A DNA stretch of 64,000 bases. Origin: Paragordius varius. Lineage: Eukaryota > Animalia > Nematomorpha. Below, piece after piece: positions 25,208 to 48,831 of the stretch (its first letter is position 1; every line of letters begins with the position of its first letter). The position numbers and the translations under genes are program-made. The stretch spans positions 4,402,001 to 4,466,000 of the forward strand of contig OZ176053.1 of the NCBI GenBank assembly GCA_964247055.1, read 5' to 3'. The notes under the pieces were generated by a model, which searched no databases, was not told where the DNA came from, and saw only the letters and a program-made list of their open reading frames with translations.

Positions 25208-27080
25208 AGTTTTTTATATATTGATAGCCGGTAAAATATTTGATAAAACAGAGTTAAAAAATAGATTAGCTTTCATAGTTGTTATTTTAAAATAATGTAG
25301 CGACACTGTATATAAGTGATAAAACAATATTACTATATATATACTATTTTTTAAAATAAAAACTTAATCTGCATTATTATTTTGTTAAATATATTGCATG
25401 TAATCTATAAAATAGCTTTAGGCTTATTTACCATAGATTTACTATGTTTACAATGGTTTCAACTCTCGACATTGCGAAAAAATTGTTTCGAAACTTTGGC
25501 CATTTTGTCAATCTTAACGTGTGCCAATTTTAAAATTTAATTTTGCGGTCATAAAACGCTTATAAAAACCGATTATATTTTATTATTGATTCAATTTTGA
25601 TTCGACAAATATTTGATTTTTTAGATTTGGTTAATAACCAAGTTATGGAGAACATTTGAGGTAATTACCTGTAAAATATTATTATATAATTTATTATAAT
25701 CTATATTTTTAGTAGATAAAATTATTTTTTTCATACCATATTTATTCTTACAATTAACAATGTTATTTACGATAATGTGCATTAAACTTCCGAAACTTTA
25801 CCTTTTTCCTTATATCCACAATAGTTAAAGTGGATATACTTAATTTACATAACACAAAACCTTGAGACTTCAAAAAAATATTCAATTATTGCATTTACAA
25901 TGAATAAAAATCATTAAAAATGTTTTTTTATTTATTTAGAATTATATTATTATGGTGTTTATCCAAACTTGTACCTTTCGGAAGATCATTTTTTCGAATG
26001 TATTAAATACAAAAAATCTTAGTCAACTGCTATATATTCGACAAATTAATGCAATATCCAAAAACAATTATCAGTATTTATACTATGAGTTAAATTATAG
26101 AGCAAAACGGTACAAAATATTTTCGTTAGGTCATTCTATAAATAGATATTATCAAAAGAGCTTTAAATTTGAAAATATGTATTATAAAATATATTAAAAT
26201 CTTGGTGATTTTAATTTGTTAAATTTTCTTACATTAAAAAGTTTATTAAAAATTTACATGCGGATCCAGGAAAATCTCCATAAAAAATTTTAATTGCCAA
26301 AAAACTTTGGAGGGCTAAGAAATATGTAAAAAAAAATTACCTCATATCTACTCTAAATCTCTGAAAGAATAAAAAGACACAAATATAATTTACGCCATTA
26401 ACGCGGAACTCCAGTCCCTGTAAACCTAAATTATTTAAAAATATGAGATATTTAACGATAAATCGCACCTTTTAAAAAATCAAAATGATTGGAACTATCT
26501 TACAATTTTATAATATGTTGGAAATATATAAAATTTAACGTGGTTGTTGTAGTAAATAACTGATAGTGTTTAGCACATTATTTTATTATATGGCGTCTCC
26601 CATTATTTTTAGATTTTTGAAGCCCATTAGTTTGAAAAGAATATATTTATTAATGATTAAATATATGCATCAAAGCCAACAATACTAAAACTTAACCTTT
26701 TTGGGCAGGGCCATGTAAAATTTAAATATCGTAAAAATATTTTTAGCATTGGTCCAAATTTAAAAATCTGCTTTCTTTCGCCATATAGACGCATGGAACA
26801 ATTTTTTAAAAAATGAAAAGTTGTAAAATATCCTCATCTCAATCGCCGCCATTTTTTTATTTATTATTTTTAAATAGTAAATACGACAAGCGAATGGATG
26901 TATATTATTGTTAATAATATAAAAGCATTCAATACAATTTACCAGCAAACTATTGATATTTTTATTTATAATTTTTAATTTAATACATTATTTAACATTA
27001 ACAAAAACAACTTTCAAAACAGTAGTCTGCTGGAGAAAACTACCCAGAAATTTCATCGCGTACAATAAAATTAAAATATA

Positions 27081-27939
27081 CAGTCATGTAGACTTTATAT
27101 TGTTAAAGATTTACTTTTTTTTCGTTAATTGGGTATTAATATTTGGTAAAGAATATAAAAACAAGAGCAATATGGTATTACCATCATATTCTTTAAAAGT
27201 AAAAAATGAAGGGGAAGGGCGTCGGAAAGCTTTAGTAAAAAAATCAAAATACACTAACTACTAACCCTCCACTTAAATTTGATGGATATTTTGTAATGTT
27301 AAATTTTGAGAATATTATAGCAATTTATGTTAACATTTGAAATATTGTTGTTACGTATTTAGATGCGGAATTTTGTGGGTTTTATCTTTAATACTTTGAC
27401 TAAATTTAAAAACCGCAATTTTTACCTAAATGTCAATACATAAAAATTGACAATGAATAACATAAAAACAAAAACAATCCATAATCTACTTAAATTTTAA
27501 CAAATATATAACCTGTATTTTAATTACTAATAACAACTATATAAAATAATACCAATATCGATTAATACAGGTATTTATCATGTTGAAAAATAGTAATTAT
27601 TGAATTTAATTATGAATCATAAATAATAAAATACCCATTTTACTATTTATTTATTAAAGATAAAAACCCACAAAATTCCGCATCTAAATACGTAATAACA
27701 ATATTTCAAATGTTAACATAAATTGCTATAATATTCTCAAAATTTAACATTACAAAATATCCATCAAATTTAAGTGAAGGGTTAGTAGTAGTGTATTTTC
27801 ATTTTTTTACTAAAGATTTTCGACGCCCTTCCCCTTCATTTTTTACTTTATTGCTCTTGTTTTTATATTCTTTACCAAATATTAACACCCAATTAACGAA
27901 AAAAAGTAAATCTTTAACAATATAAAGTCTACATGAATG
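27081..27939. mobile_element. TA-flanked Tc1/mariner-type MITE, 859 bp, with ~300-bp near-perfect terminal inverted arms (family C)
   Basis: TA|CAGTCATGTAGAC...GTCTACATGAATG|TA. The arms at ~27081-27392 and ~27652-27939 are reverse complements apart from a few substitutions and one short indel. Confidence 0.9.
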
Positions 27940-29181
27940 TAATGAAGTGTTAATCACAATTCAATAAAAGAGATGATAATTATGTAAAAAGATAAAAACA
28001 AATTTGTTATTAATGTTTATCATTAGGGCTATGTAAATGAGCCGTCTATTCAAGTAATAGACGACCTTAAATGATCCACATATTTTCTTACCATTTTTTG
28101 AGTTATAAGATTTTAAACTTTTGGCCACATGATATTTTCCCTAACACCAAAATTATTGGCTTAAAGCTAATTCATATCGCCCTTAATTATTTTGACAATT
28201 TAAGTTGCGGGTTAACTATTATTTAATTTCATAAAGTGCGAAAATCAGATAAACATCTTTTCATATTAAAAAACATTGTATACCTTAATACAATAATTTA
28301 AAATATTGTTATATTGGATAAAAATCAAATCCATGGGGTAAGAAAAATATAGGTCAGATATTCTATATCTGTATTATATATAACTATGATATTTTTAAAA
28401 AACATAGTATTCAAAGATGATCATTCTAATTCCGAATGATTTACTTTTTTATATTTTTTGTCACATATTGTGTAAATGAAAAAATTTTCATAATGTGTCA
28501 TGTTGATAAATTTTAACCATTTTTGTTTTGCTGACATTTCGTTATTTTCATGTAAATTTTATGTAAAACTGCCTGCTACATCCTTTCAATAGATTGATTT
28601 AATCTTGAGAGGCATAAAGACCATCTACCATTTGTTGCACGTGTCCATACATATTTAAAATAAATCAAATTTATTTTTTGCTAAAAATGTGTTTGGAAGC
28701 CTTTCCTGCCGTAGAGCACTATAGTGTTAAAACCTTCTATCTCTCCAAAAAAATTTTGTGGTGACAGTTAATGAATTAAATTATTTCATTTAACATAAAT
28801 CTCCATATTATTATTATTATTAAATATAAAATTCGTTTATTTTTTTTACATTAACAAAAAATGAAAATCAATAAATTAACAGATAAAAGCTTTTCGATAT
28901 AACTTTTGAATTCGCAAAGTTCAATAACCAATATTCAATTAAATTAATAAAAAAAATTATATATATGCCAGACATAGAAACCGATAATCAAAAATTACAA
29001 GTTTTTTTGGATATATATAAATTAGACTGTTACCAACAAAACTGAGTTTTAATTTTTCATAATTTATTTTTGGTAAATTAATATAGAAGTATATATATAT
29101 ATATATATATATATACAAAAATAATTTATGCAAGAGTAGCATATAAATGTTAAATAAAAAATGGTCCGATCAGAATGGATT

Positions 29182-31974
29182 TTAAGAGGTCAGTTTCTCT
29201 TTTTCCTTCAATCTTTCTTCCATATCCAAAAGTTCTATTCTGCTTTGTTTTTCATCAGCAATCAACTTTTTCGATTCTTCAGCTATCTTTTCAAGGTTAT
29301 CGAGTATTTCCTTATTCTTAGTATCATTCCCAAGGCTAATTGTGGCCTATAATAATATGTATGTATATACTTGGGTTAAAAAATAAAAATGGTAATATAT
29401 GATATAAAAACTGTTTCCTACACTAGAAATATAATGGGATTTAAATTCAAATGTATGATAGGCATTGTTTAATAAAAAGTATATTAACAATTAAAATTTA
29501 TCATAAAAGACAGGCTTAACATATCGAAACATTGAAATCGCAATTTAATTTAGAATATTGGTAAAGTATCACATATTTAAAAATGAGTTTATATATATTT
29601 TCACATAAGCTAATAATTTCAATACAATGCATAAATAATACTGAAACCAAAAATAGATATTGGAAAACCCCATATCTAAGTTATTTTCCAAACTAAAAAA
29701 CGGTAAATTTGTTAAAAAAATCCAAACGATAGGGTTACTTTATACAACATTTTTTCGAGTTGTTTCAACTTATCCTTTAATAAAGCTATGTCAGTTTGGT
29801 AGCCCTGTCTATCGAAATTTCGGCGGCGTTCAAGATTTTGATACTTTTGTTCCAAAGCTTTATTTTTTTGAATTAGGGCCTCATTCCTTTCCTAAAGATA
29901 ATATGTGGAAAAAGAAATGATAAAAAAATGACCGTTTACATTGTTTAAAATTAAAAATAATTGGAATTAATTGAGTCAGACTATAAACTATTTGGTAATT
30001 TATATTCGGTTAAAAGAATGTTATGATTCGGTTTAAATGTCGGTGAGATTAAATAAATTTTCGATTAATTAAGCTATTATAATTGTTATATAATTTAAAA
30101 ATCATTGTGGGACAAAATTAACCCCATGATAGCAGAATGATATAATAAAGTAAGATGGTAAACATGGTCACTGCACAAATAATCAACTTTAAGTATACAA
30201 CTTATTTTTTATAATTGCAATTTGAAGTATATGCCAGCAAAGCTCTATAAATGACTTAATTACATTTTAAATATCTAACGTTAAATAATCGGTCAATAAA
30301 ATAAATTATAAACAAACTGTTGCATTAATTTAATGCATTTCCTACAATTATGAAAATTAATATATTTTTTAGTGGTATTCATAAATCTGTCAATTATATG
30401 ATTGTAGTTTATAAAAAAATAATTTTTATATTTGCTATAACATTACCGTATAAATACTGCGTTCAGCTTCAAACTTTTCAGACAACAATTCATATTCGTT
30501 TTCAAGTTCCAAAATCTCTTGTTTGTAATGCAAAACTCCGTCCTGGGCTAATTTTAATTTCTTTTCCAATGTTTTATTCTGGATTGCAAAAGAACACAAT
30601 TAAAAAGCAAATTAATATGGAGATGAAAGATTTAAAGTTTATATAAACTATTTAGGTGTAATAAGATTCAATTACTTATACAAATTAATTTATACCAATA
30701 TAACGTTAAAGTTTATATATATTATAATAACCATATTATTGTTATTTCTATACTCATATGAAAAAATTAAAAAACAAATCTTTAAAAAAATATATGGCAA
30801 TAAAATTTTTATTAAACATTAATCTTTTCATTAGCAAAATATCTCACATTTTTGTGGACAGTTGAAGCAACATCGTTATTTGATCCGGTACTTGTTGAAG
30901 GGATCGATATCCCAAGCCTCTGCAACAGCTGTAAAGAGTTTGGGTCTTCAGAATCTTTATAGTAATTATATTATTTGTTTTAAAACTTTTATTATATTCA
31001 TCATTTTTTATATGGTCATCATTGGGTTCATTTGAAGCAAAACGCAAATGTTTTAGTTGAGATCTTAACTCTTGAATTTGAGTTTGCAAAGCCGTTTCCT
31101 TTACCTGATAAATTTCTTGATTTTTGTAATACATACATTTAAGTTCGGCATAATCTTTAGCCGTTTGACATAGTAATTCTTGGGTCGATGATAATCTGTC
31201 AGTTGGAAAGAGTTATTATTTAAAAAATTTATAAAAAGAGTTAAATATGAATTATTTGCAATATATAATTAAGTCCATAATATAAAACAATATTAAAACC
31301 CGTTTAACATTGAATTGAATTCACAAAATATTGAAAATTAATTACCTTTTTACCATATTTTTCTGCTGTGAATCTTCTTTGGGAATTGCTGCTTGTTCGA
31401 AAAACTCTTTTTGCTTTAACATTATTTTTTCTAAATTGTTTGTGATAAATCGCCTCTGATCCTGAATTTGTAAGTTGAGAGCTTTGATTTGAAGGGTTTG
31501 ATCGGACAGACTATTTTTATACAATTAATACTTTTGAGCTTGGGTCGTATTAGAAATATATCCGCTAGAGTTTGTTTTGGAGTTCTAGGATTAAAAAATT
31601 ATATTACTTCATCAAATAATACTATTTCAAGCTCTTTTATTCTTTGTTTAAAGCTAATATTTTTTATCTGAAAAAATTAAAATCTTTTACCCGTAATTGA
31701 TCGTTCTCAGAAGTAAGCCTTAAAACATTTTCCTTTTCTTTTAAAATGCATATATCAACATTATTTATCAACGCTTGTAATCTTAGGATTTCGTCATTTT
31801 TTTCTTTCAATTGCTTCCAATAATCAATCTTAAAATTTAATTAAAATCTACTTGACAAATACTTTGTTTCTGTATGTCATCAATCTTTTTTCCAAGTTTT
31901 GCGTAATCTTTTTCAATTTCGTGAGATTTGCCTTTATAAAATTCAAGTAAATTTTGAATTGGCTGGGAAGCCAT
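29182..31974 (-). CDS. CCDC77: Coiled-coil domain-containing protein 77-like, ~339 aa. Exons: 31974-31852, 31828-31691, 31667-31608, 31584-31532, 31510-31346, 31195-30987, 30954-30848, 29346-29182
   Basis: The spliced product NLLEFYKGK...CQ|IDYWKQLKEKNDEILRLQALINNVDICILKEKENVLRLTSENDQLR|IK...TLQIKALNLQI...TQELLCQTAKDY matches CCDC77 motifs recalled from memory (ELLEYYQKK, EREHVLRLYSENDRLRI, QVEALQAQL, TQELLYESTKDF). It needs introns of 23, 23, 23, 21, 150, 32 and 1501 nt. The last two junctions are less certain. Confidence 0.85.
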
Positions 31975-32413
31975 GTATCATCTGGAACGGGTTTTAATGT
32001 TTGGTTACCCCAGTCGCATGTTTTCAGTTTGATATGACTGAACAAAGTAATATTAAAATTGATTAATTTTAGAATCCTATTTGACGTTACCTTGTTACAC
32101 AACATTAATCGGTATTGGTGGCATATTTGTTTATAAGAATAAATTCAAAGTAAACTATTTTTTATGATAGATTAATAATATAAATTCTCCTCAAAAACTT
32201 GGCTTTCATGCATTGGCCTATGCTACGTTAATAAACTTTACTCTGTTTTCGTTTGTAATTTCTTCCGTTTCCTTATGTTTTGATATAAAATCAGTAATTT
32301 ATTTGTTAATTTTTAGTTGAACGATCTTCAACACCATGTTCGTAATCTAAAAGCATCTTTTAATCCCAATATGTCGTTAACAAAAATGGATAGTCCATAA
32401 ATATTCACATATC
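31975..32413. promoter_or_regulatory. Putative bidirectional promoter region between divergent CCDC77 and ADAT2
   Basis: The start codons are head-to-head and 439 nt apart. This is inferred from gene arrangement only. Confidence 0.5.
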
Positions 32414-42926
<10,513 letters not shown>

Positions 42927-43428
42927 TTCATTTTGTGTTTTTTTAATAAATTTATATCTGTATAGAAAAATTTAATTTTTTAAATGCCCCTAATTCGTGT
43001 TATATTTCTATGGTTTATAACCTTTTTTTTCCATAATTATTTTTTAATTCGTAAATTTGGATATCAATGAATAAAGGCCTTTACTTTCAAATACCTTAAA
43101 TATATTTTTATCATTATCATAAAAATTAATATTTAAGTTTATTTAATAATCACATTTGCACTTAATTCTACATAAGGATGGCCAAAGAAGTCTATCATTT
43201 ACTTTGTGGTAAAAAGGATATTATTTTAGCGCCACACTCATATAATATTTAAGATTTTAAATATTCTTTCAATTTAAACTCGTTTACCAAATTATGTAAA
43301 ATATTTATTACAATTTTTCACGACATATAATATGATATAATACAATATATGGTATAAAAAATGTGTGGTAGTTTTTGATTAAGGATTAGATTAGAAGAAT
43401 TCTTTCCTAGCAACCAACCAACCAGGCT

Positions 43429-46400
43429 TTAATTAAATATGTGATCCATTGCTTTTGAAATGTCCCAAGAGGATGCTGAAAGAGCTAAGCGAGCTTGATC
43501 CTAAAAAAAATAAATTATAAAATAACATTTAAATTGTAGATGATAATGGTTTAAAGGAAATTAATTTATAATTATTAAACGAGTTTTTATTTATATCGCA
43601 AAATTAAAATTTTTAATCTGGAACGAAACTCTTTATAAAAAACTGAAATTATACGAACAAAATTTAAAATATAAAGACAAATATTTTTTTCTAAAAATCA
43701 TACTTTTTAAATCTTGATTTATTTTAATCTAACTCATTGTTTTGAATGGCAAAGTGTGAAATAGATATTTAATACTAACGCAATCAATTCTATATTTTAC
43801 AATTGTAAGGAGCTTATATGGGAGCCATTTAGGTTTTAAAAAGTATGGTTGTCTTTTAGATAATATTTGTCTTTATTCACCTTTTGTCCATATAATTTAA
43901 ATTTTTACTGTATATATATATAAATGGTTAAATATGATGTTGACATTCTTAACCAAACAAATAGTAATACCCTAATACTGTATTATTTACCGATTTCTAT
44001 TATTATAAATTTGATAGAATCTCTAACACACTATTTTAACTAGCATATTATACAGCTTTTAGAATTTACAGAAGCTAACATTCATTAAAAATATATGTGT
44101 TCAATATTAAAAAATGATGTGCAGCAGATCAAAACATAGAAGAAATTTTAACGCGATGCCGATATTATTAATATATAAAATTTTCATATCATTTTCTTCC
44201 AATGATTTACTTTAAAAGAAAAGTAATTCAAACCTCATCTATCCCCATATCCTTTAACCTTTGCACGTATTCCACGAATTCGGGGTGTTCATCGTTTGGC
44301 GCTATAAAGGGTTACAATTAAAAAGAAGTGAAGACAAAAATTATTGACAATATAGGCATCCAAAAAAATGTAACATATTTAAAAATTAATTTTTTAAAGA
44401 TAAAAATACCAAAAAATACATTTATGAAAAGTTAAAAACTAATAAAACAGGGTACTTACAGTAAAATAAAATTATCAAACGTTAATTAAATATTAAAAGA
44501 TTTTTAAAAAATAGTTATTTTTTAACCATTTTTTTTATTGTAAAATGATTGCAATCTTAAAATGCATAATTGAGATGGTTACCGCTTTTATCTATTTTTT
44601 TTGGTAATATGTCATGAATCAAGGCGTATCTTTGAATAAAAGATATTTATCTTTATATTTTTACATTTTATCCGTATAATTCCAATTTTTTTCCATATAT
44701 ATATATATAGAAGGATTGATTAACTTTTCATAGATATTTGAGAGGTATTGATAAAAAAATTTTGCAAACAAACCCTACCATGAGCATATATGTGGGCCCA
44801 ATGTTTAGCTGTGAGTCGAAACATTTCAGGGTCATTTTTGTATTGCTTAGCTACTACGGCATCCTGAGGGTCATCGGGTTCTGGGGATGAGAGTAAAGCT
44901 TGAATAGAAAGTAATACGACGCGTAAATTCATTGCTGCGGCCCTTTAGTAAAAATCGTAATTTCATTTTGGGGTTTTGATCAAAATTACCGATAAAGTTA
45001 AAAAGTTTTAAGAATTCACCAAGCTTCATAACTTAACTCGTGCGACCATAAATATAAAAATTGGACATAAAAAATGGTCCCACACAAATAATAATTTTTG
45101 AATGCTTTAATTCTTAGTATTAAAATTAATACAATGTCAACCTTATCTATTATGGTTGATTTCGATTTTATGCATATAGAATGTTTAGATTTCGGAAAAA
45201 TACCAATATTTTATTTTATTCACTGACATTGTTTATTTTGCTACGGTAAAATGTTATCTAAATTAATCATAAACTAAACCGAAACCAAACTTTAGGCATA
45301 AAAAAGTCTTTGCAAGAGAAGTGATCCGGTCTGAAACTGTTTTCTAAAGAATATTATCCTAATATTTTAATTAATTGTATAATTACTAAAATGTAGGATA
45401 AATACATATCATATAAAAAGTATTAAAATGTATAATAATTTTTATAACTATGCGATCCTGGAATCTTAAAAGCCGATATTTTTTATTTCTTAATGATATG
45501 TTTTTACATAGATAAAATTAGACCCGCCGAATGTCTGAAACAGTGGTATTTAAACCGCTATTCACAGGCCTGCGGTCCTAAAATTTATTTTTTATTAATT
45601 ACTAAAATTTTATTTAGATAATATATTTTTTTAAATTATTTTTACACCTGCACATCTTGTTAAACATCATATCGCTATAAAAAAATGAGTCCAATTTAGA
45701 CACTATATTTGATGAAACTCAAAGAGTATATTTTTCTAATGCCAAATATGCTTAAATTTACTGTTAAGAAGCATAGAAATCGCTTAGATGCCCATAGTGA
45801 CGACTTATTAAAATAACATTTGCCTGTAATGATGCCAAACCAGATATGCTAAAAATGTTGGTTAATAACCAAAATATTTTTATATTTAAACAGCAGAAGA
45901 GACATAGTTGCGAGTTTTATGCGAGACACAAAAAACCTCGGCGGACTGATCTAGAGTATAAATGAAACGAACGGCGCTGCAATTTATGGCAGCAATATGA
46001 GGCAAAAAAATATTTTATTTGGCCTCTCCATTTTTTGGGGTATACCACTGCTTTAAATCTAAAAAAAGTCAAACATCTAATAATTTTAAACAATGCCAAC
46101 GGAAAACAGAATAAGCCAACTCAACAGCGCAATCTTTGCCGAAAAGATTTACTATATATTTTAGTCAAGAACTTTGCCCATAAAAAATTACCTAAAGTAA
46201 AATATTTTTTCCATAAAAAAATACAACTCCTATCAAAAAGTACGAATAAAATACAATGATCATAAAATAAAAAATGAAGTAAGTTAGAGGTTTACATTTA
46301 ATAATTTACTGCTAAAGAAATGCTTAATAATTTGTCAGCAAATAAATAAATTTATATACCATTGGTCTTTAAGAATGTCTAAACATATTGCACCGGTAAC

Positions 46401-46708
46401 AGAACTTATATTGGGATGCCATATTTTTGATATAAATTTTATCTAAAATTTACATAAATCATCCAAACTTTTGGTGGTTGAAATGGATAAGAATCAGGTA
46501 TTTTGACATCTAAAAGAAAGGTTGCTCCTTCATATGGGGTATCAGGAGGCCCTGCTATTTGTCCTAACAAATCTAAATAGTTGTCATTTACCAACTCAAT
46601 ATGTATTCTATCATTTAAGGTCTAAATTTTAACGAGTAACTAAACCTGTTCGGCTTTTACAACTTCTTTAAACTCTCTTTTGATCCGTGTAACAGCTATA
46701 TTATCCAT
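43429..46708 (-). CDS. UBE2K: Ubiquitin-conjugating enzyme E2 K (E2-25K), 200 aa. Exons: 46708-46646, 46621-46469, 46442-46360, 44942-44779, 44301-44234, 43500-43429
   Basis: [16 protein letters not shown]...[12 protein letters not shown]...YPFQPPK|[28 protein letters not shown]|[34 protein letters not shown] plus a C-terminal UBA domain. The total is 603 nt. Introns 1 and 2 are 24 and 26 nt. Confidence 0.97.
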
Positions 46709-46749
46709 CCAACTTATGTTTTTATGTTTTTTGGAGTGACATTGTGCTT

Positions 46750-47050
46750 ATGGAAAACACTTTCAGCTGTACAACGCCTTCTGGAAAATGTTTCAAGGGC
46801 CAAATTTTATCCTATAACGACAAATATAACTATATAATTCTAAGTATATTAAATAAATTATATTTAGAAACAAACACCAATAAAAAAAATTGCGACTTAC
46901 ATGTAATAAATTTGAATGACTGTCAATTTGACAACACTCAATTACAAAATCAAGCCGAATTACCTGTTCCCGATGTTTTAAAAGCAATATATATATTTTT
47001 ATCTATAGATTGAACAAAATTACAAATCTCACAAAAAATTTACCACTTAA
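46750..47050 (+). CDS. LSM12: LSM12-like Lsm-domain protein (short model). Exons: 46750-46843, 46868-46983, 47009-47050
   Basis: FSCTTPSGKCFKGQILSYNDKYNYIILK|TNTNKKNCDLHVINL resembles the LSM12 N-terminus ([36 protein letters not shown]). The model uses a 24-nt GT-AG and a 25-nt GC-AG intron. The 3' end is uncertain and no AD domain was found. Confidence 0.6.
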
Positions 47051-47767
47051 TTACGATAAACTAGATTGTCAGAAATACTTTGAATAAATATTAGAAAATA
47101 AAATTGCATTGATTGATATTTTAATAGCTAATGAATTCTTCCATATCATTTTATGGTTTTCCCAAAGCAATTAGAATTTTCTTATTTCTAATATTTTAAT
47201 TTATATTGACCAATTTATGTTAAGCTGTATTTTTTTTTGCTGCTAAATTTGCATATTATATTTTTGTGCAGCAAATTTTTTTGCCAATGTTCAACAATAT
47301 ATCAATTAGACTCACCAATATATTTTTTCTGGTCACCTAGTTTATGTAGGTCATTCATGCCGACATGGGAGAATCGCATTCCAGGAGAAAAAAAACCGGT
47401 AAAGTTTTAAAGACCCAAAAACTTCAGTTAACCTCTACTTATTGTAAATAGCTCAGTATTTATCCTTTTTTGTTTTATCATGGCCCTTTTAATGGATCGA
47501 TTTTTTCTTAGATAGTTTTTTAAAACAATCAGCTCAGTTTATTTAAAAATTTTGAATTTTCACTGGCGATTGCTCTTAAATGGTTTACGAATCAGTTTTA
47601 CCAAAAATCCCACATATTATAAAAATCAGCATCTTTAGGCCGACTATCTGACGCGTCTTCAGATTTCAATAAAATACCCAAGCTACTAAGGCGCTTCTTA
47701 TGCTGCCTCCAAATAAACAGCAGGCTTTCATGTGCGCTGCACAAAATAATACCACTTTTATAGACAT

Positions 47768-48831
47768 ATGCTCCGAACAGTTTTTATGTCATCATCATTA
47801 AAACAGATAGATATCGGTGGAACACATGCTAAATTTAATAAAATTTTAACCAATTATTCCAACAAATATTTTAATAATCTAATATATTTTGGCGGGGATG
47901 TTCAAGTAATTATTCGATTAATATATAGTATTACCAAAATGTTATGGAGTTACACAGGGATAATAAAAGATATGTCAATTGGAGCTACGAAAACGTTTAT
48001 AAAATATTAGAAACAAAATTTCCTAATCACAATATATTTTTAATTGTACCCACCATATTTTACCTTAATACATTTGCATCATTTATTAATTTTGTTCCGT
48101 GCGATAAATTTGGAATTCCATTAGTAGACAAACAGATTATAACTTTGGAAAATTGTGGTATTCTCCACTTGATTGACCTTTTAAAGAATTATTTATGCGT
48201 TAATAATGCCATCTTTTCTGATAATTATTGGAAAATTATAGGGTTTAGTAAAGGATGTATGGTACTTAACCGTTTCTTAATTGAAATATCTGCGCTAAGA
48301 AATATAAATAACTTTTTTCCCCTCATTCCCATTTATCAATTAGATTTGTCAGACGAAAAAGCATACGATATAACATCATTTATAAATAATTTAACGGATT
48401 TATTTTGGTTAGATGGAGGACATTCAGGCACTGGGAAAAATACTTGGCCAACTGACTCAACAGTTATTCAAAATTATATTTCAAATATATTTTACAATCG
48501 ATATTTATTATTATGTTCTAATCCAAATAACAATAATTTTGAATTAAATCCTTTCAATGTTCATGTTCACGTAACACCTTATCAAATAAAATGTCCAAAT
48601 CGACCCTGGATAGGAAAGGAGGAACATAAATTCCATCAATATATGAAAAAGGCTCTAAATACGGCCCAGGATATATGTAAAAAGGAAAATTCATCATATT
48701 TCTTACCATTCAATATTGATGTTAATAAACTTATAAGCAGTATAAATTTTTATCGTAAAATACATTTTGAGGATGAAAATGCGCCCTTATCTGTTGAAAA
48801 ACATTTTAAAGTGCTTGAAATATTTAAATGA
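47768..48831 (+). CDS. C2orf69: Mitochondrial protein C2orf69 (UPF0565) homolog, 346 aa. Exons: 47768-47905, 47929-48831
   Basis: IYFGGDVQ|YYQNVMELHRDNKRYVNWSYENV...FP...NFV, IIGFSKGCMVLN, WLDGGHSG and HVHVTPYQ..CPNRPWIGKEE are present. A 23-nt intron joins the two ORFs in frame. Confidence 0.93.

Noticed and set aside
30844-31134. Stop at 30844 as the end of CCDC77
   Set aside because: A 32-nt intron plus the GTGAGA donor at 30847 links in frame to an otherwise orphan coiled-coil exon at 29346-29182, which is the more economical model. It still needs cDNA support.
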